Positions 17,115 through 30,776 of a DNA stretch of 64,000 nt are shown piece after piece. This DNA is from the human T2T-CHM13v2.0 reference genome, Homo sapiens. How positions within the stretch are numbered: position 1 is the stretch's first letter; the number at the start of each line of letters is the position of its first letter. The stretch lies in the NCBI RefSeq assembly GCF_009914755.1, contig NC_060932.1; one strand, written 5' to 3'. The notes beneath the pieces were generated by a model. The model ran no database searches. It saw only the letters and a program-made list of their open reading frames with translations, and was not told where the DNA came from. Position numbers and translations under genes: made by a program.

Positions 17115-17236
17115 CTTTCGCCAGTCATTGAAGAAGTTCTTCCGGAAAACCTCCTTTGTTGTGTATTCATGATCTAACATCCTCCCATAAAAAGTGGCGA
17201 CCTCCTCCGCTGCCACGCTCAATCTCACAGGCCTTC
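17115..17236 (-). CDS. TOP1MT: TOP1MT exon 3
   Basis: [41 protein letters not shown]; AG/GT boundaries; 122 nt; contains Met99 (ATG 17180-17178). Confidence 0.97.
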
Positions 17237-18988
17237 CTGCAGGCATCGGAAGACACATCGTATGAGAGAGCGGCCAGAGGCTCGGCCTCCAGCTGACATG
17301 ACCTCATTGCTTTAAACTACGCTTTCGTGCGTACTATGCCAAGAGCAAGAAGCCAGGCCTTATTCTGTAAGTTCAGAAGCATGTTCTGCATGACACACGA
17401 CAATCAACCTGCGTGGAGGTGGCGACCACAGTGATCTGGGAGCGGGTCGTGAGAAAGCTGCAGAAGATTTCAGGCGCTACTGCTTTCTCCTCCTTTACCA
17501 CTTAACGTTGCTACTACATTTATATTACATGAAAATGGAACATGTACAATTTTAAAACACACCAATTTCCACAAAATTTCACAAGTAAAATAAAAGTTAA
17601 GGCTTCAAAGCAGAAAACTGAATAACTAGGTGTACCCTTTTACAACTCTGCGGCCTCTGTCCCACCATTCCCTGCATTTTATTCTAAGATCAGTGTGGTT
17701 TAGAGATGGGGGGTGAGCTGGGAGCAGGCGAGCAGAGTGAGAGGCTCGTGGTGGGAACGAGGGTGTTCACCAGGAATTCTTTCAACTGCACGTCTGAAAA
17801 GCTTTCATAAGAAAATTTTAGAGAAATAAATGCATAATCATTTGGTAAGAAGGAGGAAGGCATTTCTGATAAACAGCAGCAATCCTTCCCCAAACTAGCT
17901 TCTCAGGACAGAGGACGAGAGGCCCAGAGACCAGCAGCACAGGCCCGAGGGGCTCAGCTCCCACTGCCCCTCTGTGGAGGCTCGGCCCCACTGGGCCCCA
18001 CGCGACACCACCACTCCCCGGACTGTCCACCATGGCCCTGCATAAGCAGTCCTCGCCTGCCATGTCCCTCCTGGCCAGGGAGGTCCTGCAGGGCTGCTGT
18101 GGGGCAGGCGAGGCAGCCGCTACACCAGGCCAGGGGCACAGCGCGAGACGCTCAGTAAGGTCCCATGGCCTCCCGTGGGCAGCCCCCACAGACACAGCTA
18201 GAACCTCTGTCCCTGTGGAAGCTCCAGTACCGCTTTGGAGAAACAGGCTTTGAACAAAACATTGCATCAAAGGAGCTCAGCAAACTCAGGTGTGCATGTG
18301 ACTCGGCAGGGGGCCCACGGGAGGGCTGGTGGGAGGGGCACAGCATGGCGTGGGGGCCTGCCCTGGGGGAGAAGAGGTTTGCTTTTCTTAGAAGGATGCC
18401 TTCTAGCAGAGATGAAGAAAATAGGCTGAAGCAGCTAAAATCAGCAGCACAAGAGCCAAGCCAAAGCTCCTGGGCCCTGGGGTAGAGAGGAGGGCTCAAG
18501 GGCAGGAGGGGTGTGTGGGCCCTGCTGCCCCAGAGCCCCCGGGTCCTGCCTCTGAGGGTGGCTCAGCGCTCATGTCAACCACGGGCTCCGCTTCTTGCTG
18601 AGAATCACAAGCTGGGGTCAAGTGACCGTTCTGTGATCCATGTGTGTACACGCAGTGTACGTACTGTGTATACTCAGAACACACAGGGAACACAGTGGTG
18701 CGGGGGGAGGGAGGGGGGGTCCACTTTGCCCAGAGGGTCCTGGACACAACAGGCACAGCCAGTGCAGGCTCAGCAGGAAAGGCAGGGACGGGAGCCCCCG
18801 AACTGCCACCCTCTGAGCATGGGTCAGTTGGTCAGCAGCCCCCACGCATCACCTGCAAGAAGAGGGCACAGAGCGCTCATAGCCAGAAGCCTGCAGGGGG
18901 GCTGAGGGAGCGAGCCAGATGCCCACTGGGAGCCCACGCCCAGGGAACCAAGCGCAGGCTGGGGAGGAGCCGCTCCCTGCATCCTTAC

Positions 18989-19104
18989 CTTCATAGAAGA
19001 AACGCACTCCGTCGGGAAGGGGCTCGTATGGGGGTGCGAAGTACGGGCCCTTGTGCTCCAGCTGTCTCCACTTCACCCCGTCTTCGTGCTTCTCCTTCTC
19101 CCAC
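18989..19104 (-). CDS. TOP1MT: TOP1MT exon 2
   Basis: tttag|G TGG... encodes [38 protein letters not shown]; donor G|gtaag; 116 nt. Confidence 0.97.
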
Positions 19105-20515
19105 CTAAAGACGGAGACAGGACGTGTCACTCTCCTGGGCCAGGCCCTGCATGAGCCTCTTCCCCGCTCCCACAGTGGCTCCTCCCTGTGGCTCCTAGCA
19201 GGTGAGCAGTGTGGCCTCCACCTCACGGGGGAGGAAAACAAGGCCTGCAGAGGGAGGCAACCCTACCTGACCTCAGACCCCATGCCCGTGTACCCGCCCA
19301 TGCCCCCCACCTGCAGAGGCCCGTGTGCTGCTGAGTCACGGATCCCACCAAACCCAGCTAAGCGGGAAAGGGCAAGCCCAGCTAAGTGGGAAAGGCAACG
19401 TGCCTCTCCCAGGCTCTAGGGCCTCTCCCCAGATGGGTCCCTTCAGAGCCGGTCTAGAATCTTCGGGAACCTCTCCATGGGACCATTTCATTTGCTAAAT
19501 AAAGGACCTGGCTGCTTATGAGAGAGCCCTGCCTCCGAGGAGCTGGGTGGAAGGGGGTCCAGCAGTGCAGCCAGTGGAGAGGCACCACAGCAGGGCGCAG
19601 GACCGCCGCCCACAGAGGATCGGGCAGGGTGGAAGGGTGGAAGAGGCAGGGCGGGGTGGAGGAGGCGGGGCAGGGAGGGGAGGCCCTGAAGCCAGAAGCC
19701 TCAGGGGTTTTCAGGGAAGGGCTCCTTTTGTAAGGCACTAACACAGTGAGGCTCCACAGGGCTCCCTGCCAAGGTCCCCCTCCCCAGGGCGCCCCCTTCT
19801 GGCAAGCCCAGCTCTGGAGATTGGGGGGGTGTTGGAGGGGGTGGGGGGACACAGCCAGCGTGGCGGCTACAGCCCATCCTAACTCTCCAGGCCAGTCATC
19901 ATCTATCCATTGAGGCAAGCCCAAGCCTGCCCTGAACCAGCACTGCGCTGGGTCCTGCGGATGCAGATCACCAAAACCCATACGAAGGGCTCAACTGAAC
20001 CTAGATTCTGAGATGGGCCTGGGAGAAGAGGAGCGAGATGGGGCGTGGCTGGCAGGCAGTGGGCAGGCTCGGTCAGCAGGGCTGCGGGAAGAGCAAGTCC
20101 AGCACCCAGGATGGCCAGTGCAAAGGCCTCAGTGGGAGAGGCTTTGGCGAGAGGGTGGGAGCACCATCAGGATGGGGGAGAGTGAGATGGGCACACCTTC
20201 TGAGCCTCCCCCAGACGCACAAGGACAGAAGGTTCCAGATCACACCCCCACCTGCCAGAGCCAGGAGACCTGCACGTGACCCCAGCCAGGTAGTGCTGTT
20301 GGGGGCCTGGTGGGCCTGGTCGGCTGGGATGAGTGTCCTCAGAGCAACAGGAAGTCTCTGAAGGGTCTGAGAGGGGAAAGCATGTGCAACAGACATTTCT
20401 GAAAGGGCCTTTCTGGCTGTTTCTGCAGAGGAGGGAATGGGCAAGGTTAGAAGACGTAGAGACGGAGCTGATAAAGTAGGGAGAAGTTAACGGGCTCAAG
20501 AACCTTCCAGGGTGG

Positions 20516-21243
20516 AGCCGGGCGTGGTGGCTCACGCCTGTGATCCCAGCACTTTGGGAGGCTGAGGCAGGCTCAGGAGCTCAAGGCCAGCCTGGCCAAC
20601 ATGGCGAAAGTACAAAAAAACTAGCTGGCAGATGCTGCAGGCAGCTGGAGTCTGGAGGGAGACTCGGGGAGAGGGGGGTTCTGCTGACTCTGCAGAGCTT
20701 TTCCACGTCAGGTGAGACCAGCCTCACCTTTCTTACAGGTTTTAGGAGTTCAAGAGAGCCCACCAGCCCTGATACAGCATGTCTAGGGTGGGGCTGGTAG
20801 GAGGCTGCACCACTAAGTGCCCTGAAGGATGCAAACCTAGACAACGCCTTCTTAGAGAATAAGGGAAGATGGATCATGTCGGGTGTGAGAAAATGGGAAA
20901 CCACGTGTATCTCGGAACTAACTGATAGGAGCCAGGCGCGGTGACTCACGCCTGTAATACCAGCACTTTGGGAGGCCGAGGCGGGCGGATCACTTGAGGC
21001 CAGGAGTTCGAGACCCGCCTGGCCAACATGGCAAAACCCCCGTCTCTACTAAAAATACAAAAATTAGCTAGGCGTGGTGGCGGGTGCCTGTAATCCCAGC
21101 TACTCAAGGAGGCTGAAGCAGGAGAATCACTTGAACCCAGGAGGCAGAGGTTGCAGTGAGTTGAAATTGCACCACTGCACTCCAGCCTGGGTGACAGGGC
21201 AAGATTTTGTCTCAAATAATAATAATAAAAATAAAAATAAAGA
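20516..21243 (+). mobile_element. Partial Alu (20516-20625) and full Alu (20929-21243)
   Basis: Alu consensus match; (AAT)n/(AAAAAT)n tail. Confidence 0.88.
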
Positions 21244-22299
21244 ACTGACAGTGACCCTGACTGCCAAGTCCTTCACAAAGCCTCTAGGGTAGTCACATCA
21301 CCAGTCTCATTTCACAGATGAAGACACTGAGGTGAAACAACCTGCCGGCCAGCGGCCAGGCAGGGCTGCACCACTGGGTGTGCGCTCAAGCCCAACTGAG
21401 GGCTGCACATTGTAGTGACATTCTTTCACCCCTGCAGAGACCAGGGCACCAAGCACCACCATCAGACACAAGCTGGCTTTCAAAGCCAGAGACCTTGCTC
21501 CAAACCCACCTGTCCACCTGGGCGACTGCAGCTCAGCAGCACTTTTTGGAAAGCACCTACCTGCCTGTGCACCCTCGGAGAGATGTGCCTCAATGCAGGG
21601 CCCACAGCCAGCCCCAGCTCCAAGCGCAGGCCAGAACTCCCTCCTCCCAAGACACCCTGCCCCATCTGGGGCTCTCTTTGGGTCCCAAGCTCCTGCAGGC
21701 AGACAAGACATTTCTGCAGCATGGCCTTAGGCAGCTGTGCAGGCCCTCAGCTGTGAATGGGTATGCTGATAGCGCACCACCAGGTCACAGAGACATGCCA
21801 CGCTGGAAGCACTAAGTGAATGATGATAAACCGCGAGACCTGGCGGGAACTCCTGCAGGATCTCCCACGCACCAGTGAGGCTGTCAACTCTCCAGCTCTT
21901 CGGAAACTCCAGCATTTCATGCGCAGAGACCCATCCCCATGCGGCTACCCCAGGCCCAGTATGCGCCGGCAGGGCTTCTCACATGTCCTCCAGGAAAGCG
22001 CCTGGGACCACCAACGGCCACCAGGGCCACTGGATCCATGCGGCTTGTGCCTGGTGATGTAGATATGACAGTGAGCGCCCGCCGCCATGCAGAATCGGTC
22101 CTGGAGACAACCCGGGAACCGACTCCAGGAAAGAGCGGGTCTCAGAAGACCATGCACAGCAACATAAGCTTTTTATAAAGTACCTAACCAAACCCTACAG
22201 TGTTGAGGCCCAGGCACAGCTACACAAATGATGAAACCACAAGCGGAAAAAAAGAGGGGAGATTTCCCCAAATAGGGTTGGTGGGGTGGTGCCTGGGGA

Positions 22300-22790
22300 A
22301 GCAAGGGCGACGTCATGGGGGGGCCTGTACACCCCGGGCAGGAGGCGGGCCGGTCACACCGCGGCACGCATGCTCTCCTGGCCCGACTTTTGGGAAAACC
22401 GGAAGCAGGGCAAGGCCGTCCCACGAGGCCTGCCACTCCCCTTTCTGGACCTACCCAAGCCCGGTGCTCAGGGCCCTCGCCGCCTGCTCACTGGGACACC
22501 TTACCTGGCTCCACTGCCCTTCTGCGTCCTGCGCGAGCCCGGGACACCCCGGGAGGCCGGGCGGCGGGGGACCTCCCCGAGCAGCGTCAGAGCCGCCCGG
22601 AGCCGCAGCAGCCGCACCACGCGCATCTGCCAGCCTCCGGGAAAGGGCGACAAGCTGGGCCCCGCCCCAGCGGCCAGCCCCGCCCCGCCCCCAGCGGCCA
22701 GCCCCGCCCCCGAGCGCGGCCTCCGCCCCCAGCGGCGCTCATCCCAAGGCTGGGCGGTCTAAGCCTGCACGGGGCTGCGGCAGCAGGACC
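22300..22790 (-). promoter_or_regulatory. TOP1MT: TOP1MT proximal CpG-island promoter with tandem GC boxes
   Basis: CpG-rich; repeated CAGCGGCCAGCCCCGCCCC (GGGGCGGGG on the minus strand, Sp/KLF type) at about 22659-22735, just upstream of the ATG; no TATA seen. Confidence 0.8.
22505..22626 (-). CDS. TOP1MT: TOP1MT coding exon 1 (mitochondrial targeting peptide, aa 1-41)
   Basis: ATG at 22626 gives MRVVRLLRLRAALTLLGEVPRRPASRGVPGSRRTQKGSGA(R), an Arg/Leu-rich presequence. Donor AG|GTAAG, 122 nt, phase 2. Lies in a CpG island. Confidence 0.96.
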
Positions 22791-23924
22791 ACTGACTGTC
22801 CTGCCGGCCTCCCCCTGGTTTCCCTGCCTTCGTGGTCCAGCGCCCCTTCACGCTGGGCGGGGACCCAGATCCAAACCCAGTCCCACTGACCTCTGCAGCA
22901 CAGGGCTGGCTGTCAGGATGCCCCACAGGTCACACGACCAGGCCAGTGAACTCCTGCCCAGGGCTTGCACACAGCTCTCTCCCAGAGCCTCTGAGGGCAG
23001 GGGCACCTAGCAGGTCCTTCCTAAGTACACGCTCTGCTGCTCTGGAGAAGGGACCTCACAGGCTCAGATGGCCCCCTACCTCATCCCCTACAAACAGCAG
23101 CACTTCCAGGACGCAGAAACCGGCAGAAGCACCTGCTGTCCAGCCCACAGCAGCCCCTCAGAGGTGGTGCCTCTGGACAAAGGTCACAGGAAGTCCTGCG
23201 AAATCATCCCTGCCAACCAGCCTCTCACTCCCAAGGAGACCAGAGACCAGGCACAGCTGGAGCCTCCTTCCTGCGCTCAGTCCCCAGCGTGACTGCTGAC
23301 CCTGACCAGGGTTTAACCCCAGTGTCTTCACTGGGGAGCATGGCCAAGGGGCAAAACCTCTAGATCAGCACTTGGCGGTAGGCCCTGAGCCACAACAGGC
23401 CACACCGCTCACCTCTGGCAGCACCGCAGCCTTGGTCTTCCCCGGTAAAACCCTGACACCAGGACCGTGGGAAGCAGATGAATTCACATGCATTCCGCAC
23501 TTTCACTGTGACCGTTGGGGGGAATGCAGTGGACACAGGCAGGAAAGGAGTCCGGGCTGCCACCGCACGCCCTCAGCGACCCTCCCCTGCCACCAACTGA
23601 CTCAGTGTCCATGTCATCTAGCTGCTGGAAGCCATGGGCAGAGGCCGAGGGCTGCAATTGCTCGCTCTTAGGGCCCAGGCAGACCTGGTAGGTGTCCCAT
23701 CATTTCAGAATGAGCAGCTCAGCAGCTGAAGGTACACACACACCAGGACACAGCAGCTGACTCTCCAGGTGGGCCACCTCCTCCCAGGGGCTGCGGAACA
23801 GTGATGCATATTTTTTCAGGTAACCCTTTCTACAAACCAGAAGAGGGCCTTGGCCCAGGCCCACCATTCCTTCAACGGAATCCTGAGGTCAATGTGTTTT
23901 CCAGTTCAGGTTTCTAAGGGTTTT

Positions 23925-26500
<2,576 letters not shown>

Positions 26501-26949
26501 CTGCAGTCAACATGCTGGGGAGGGTGTGGAAAAGTGGCACCCACTGCACAAGGCCAGAGACACAGTTGGGGAGTCTGGGCCTGCAGACCAGAAGGGGTTT
26601 CTATGAACTGTCTGCCAATATTCCTGGGGTTGGCGGCCTCCTCCCCTTGTGCCCTCTTCTTCCCCAGGCCACTCAGGGGTTGCCCAAGGGAGCGGGGACA
26701 GGGCTTCACGCACTCTTCCTCACAGCAGGTAGGAGGACCCCTGTTTTGCATGAGAGAAACTAGGCTTAGAAAATTTAAAGAATTTCCCCAGAATCAAACA
26801 GGTGCTGAATGCAGGAGCTGATACCTATAAAGACGTTTCCCACCCAGAAGCCGGAGCTCCAAGGCTATGCAGGGACTGCCCAGGTGGGAGGCGGCGCCGC
26901 CCAGCAGACACAGCTGCGAGCAGTGGTGGAGTTTACCCCATCCAGAAGC

Positions 26950-27330
26950 CACACTGCAAAAGAAACAGTGACTTTGACCTTAACAATATACTTAATTTCA
27001 ACTATTTCAACCAAAATACTGTCATTCAACATAATATGCTAATGCGATGGTATGCATCGTTCTTCTCAAAGCAGGCGTGCGTATCACACCCCCAGCACAT
27101 CTCCACTGGGAGAGCTGCGCAGCTCGTGGCTGCGTACAGGACACAGCAGGGGTGACGGCTACAACTGCAGTGTGGCCCACTTGTGGCCATGTGACCTTGG
27201 CCCGGTTACTTAACCTTTTTGTACCTCAGTTTCCTCATCTGAAAAATGGACATAGCAGTACCTACTTCATAGAGGACTGACCAAAAGCAATGCCAGACAC
27301 ACAGCAAACACTCACTTACTGCTGGCTGCT
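26950..27330. mobile_element. Degenerate MER DNA-transposon remnant followed by a MIR
   Basis: MIR core tgtgaccttggcccggttacttaacc...cctcagtttcctcatctgaaaaatgg at about 27189-27250; the MER3/MER33-like portion is weaker. Confidence 0.55.
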
Positions 27331-27434
27331 CCCAGTACCCTACAACCCACAGCTCAAAGCTGCCGATGCAAGAGGGCACTCTGGGGGGCACCCAGGCTCC
27401 CTGGCAACCTACAGTGGGCAGGCAAAGGCCAGCA

Positions 27435-27990
27435 CTGTAGCATTCCCACATTCCCAGCACTGGTCTACACAGCACTCCCCGCCTCCCCCACCAGGGACAG
27501 GGAGGGGAAGTGGGCCTGTGCTGGTCTAAACTGCATTCCCCTGCTCCCAGCGCTGATCTACACAGCATTCCACCCCTGCCAGCACTGGTCTACACAGCAT
27601 TCCCCCCGTCCCAGCACTGGTCTACACAGCATTCCCCCACTCCCAGCACTGGTCTACACAGCATTCCCCCCGTCCCAGCACTGGTCTACACAGCATTACC
27701 CCACTCCCAGCACTGGTCTACACAGCATTCCCCCGTCCCAGCACTGGTCTACACAGCATTCCCCCACTCCCAGCACTGGTCTACACAGCATTCCCCCGTC
27801 CCAGCACTGGTCTACACAGCATTCCCCCGTCCCAGCACTGGTCTACACAGCATTCCCCCACTCCCAGCACTGGTCTACACAGCATTCCCCCACTCCCAGC
27901 ACTGGTCTACACAGCATTCCCCCCCTCCCAGCACCGGTCTGCACAGCATTCCCCCACTCCCAGCACTGGTCTACACAGCATTCCCACCAC
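27435..27990. repeat. 31-33-bp VNTR, roughly 15 copies
   Basis: Unit cccagcactggtctacacagcattccccc(ac/g)t. Confidence 0.95.
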
Positions 27991-28036
27991 CCCGTCAGGA
28001 CATGGAGGGAGAGAAGGGGTGGGGTAGGGTACACAC

Positions 28037-29047
28037 CATTTCCACCTGCTGCCTTCGGCCTTCTCCCACCCTTTCTGGCTCTCCTCCTGTGGCTTAGCTG
28101 CCTCCTGGCCATCTTTCTTCTCTCCCTCTGGACACCCCAGCATCAACTGGCTCCCCCTCCTTCCACTTCTCTCTGCTTCTGGCTGGCTTCCGGCTGCCCT
28201 GAGCTTTCTCTTCTTGGGGCTTCTTCACCAGGCCCCCCACCTCCCAGTCACCCTTTGCCCCAGGGCAATGGCGAGGCCACGCCGCTGGCTGTGGTGCCCC
28301 GTCCAGCTCACTCCCACACTGCACTTCTCTGTCTTCCTCCAGGTCCTGAGCTTTTCATTTCTTTGGTTTTCGAGTCCCCTCTTCCCCAGCTTTGTCTGTC
28401 TCCCTCTTCTTTTCTTTTCTGGAAACCAAGGCCTCCTGTCCCACTTTTGTGCCACTACCTAATTTGTCACTTTCTTCTTTCTTGGTTTTTCCCACCCACA
28501 CTTCTTTTACATCCTCGTCCTCGTTCTGTGCTTGTCTCCTGGCCCGTAACTCTCCTTTCTGCTCAGTGTGGCCCTGGCTCGTCCTCCGTGCTGGGGTGGG
28601 CACCATGCCCTCACTGTGCACCTGCTCCTGGCCACGCTTCGCACCTCTTCTGTGGGAACTGCTCTGTCTATCCCACTGCCCAGAGCGCGCTCCTCCCCAG
28701 CTCCCACGGCGGCCCCTGCACTCTTCCGCTCCCCACAGCTGAGGGTCTCAGGCTTGCCCCTAGCGTCCCCGCCACCCTCTTCTCGTGCTGCCGCCCCAGT
28801 GCATCTCCCCACACGTTTGTCCTGAAGCCCTTTCTCCCCTTTCTCTTCGGATATTCTTTTTTTTTTCTCAGTTTGTGCCTCTCTTCCACACAGCCCTTGC
28901 CCCGGCCAGTGTCTGTGAGCTCACAGTCCAGGTCCTCTTCCAGAGCCCCCTTCCGGCTGGGCACCGCCTGCAGGGCCATGCCCTTCTATCTCTTCTCTTG
29001 GGTGTCAGGACCCCGGGCACATCCACCAAGGGCCATCTTCATCTTGT
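28037..29047 (-). pseudogene. Decayed coding exon resembling the charged N-terminal domain of nuclear TOP1 (relic upstream TOP1MT exon)
   Basis: Purine-rich on the minus strand. K/E-rich peptides lie in shifting frames, with 2 stops and about 3 inferred frameshifts. The last frame reads RSPKKRKL...KPQEESQKGWEKAEGSRWK-TG|gtgtgt, a phase-2 donor compatible with exon 2. Acceptor ttcctgcag|AC at 29047. Confidence 0.6.
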
Positions 29048-29168
29048 CTGCAGGAACCTCCGTGTGGCCTTGGGACCTTGCCCAGAACAGAGAGCACACA
29101 CCATGAGAGGGGCCACAGGGCCACAAACATACCCACCCGGAGACCCCAGAGGAGGAGGGAAGGTTCAC

Positions 29169-29264
29169 CTTCCCCACCCCAGCAATGGCTGCCCTCCATG
29201 GGCCTAACAGATGCTTTTAACTCAGCTTTGGAAAATGGCCTCTTGATCTCAGCCCTTGTGGCCT
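29169..29264 (-). other. Candidate 96-nt upstream TOP1MT exon (phase 1-1)
   Basis: ctcctgacag|AG...GAAG|gtgaac; open frame EATRAEIKRPFSKAELKASVRPMEGSHCWGGE, in frame with the 29047 acceptor. Confidence 0.5.
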
Positions 29265-29449
29265 CTGTCAGGAGCAGAAACCAAGGGCAATGAACAAAGG
29301 AGCCAGGGGTCAGCTTGGGGCTGCTCCCAACTCCGGAGCAGGTGCAGGCCGCAACAGGCCATACTGCCAGCGTCCACCCTGACCCAGACACAAAACACCA
29401 GAAAGGGAAGGTCACAGAGCACTATCCCGACACCACTGCCCCATCTAGT

Positions 29450-30776
<1,327 letters not shown>

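Noticed and set aside
18641-18675. Short imperfect palindrome gtgtacacgcagtgtacgtactgtgtatac
   Set aside because: Short and low-complexity; expected by chance in alternating purine-pyrimidine sequence
27510-28097. 195-aa repetitive plus-strand ORF
   Set aside because: VNTR translation
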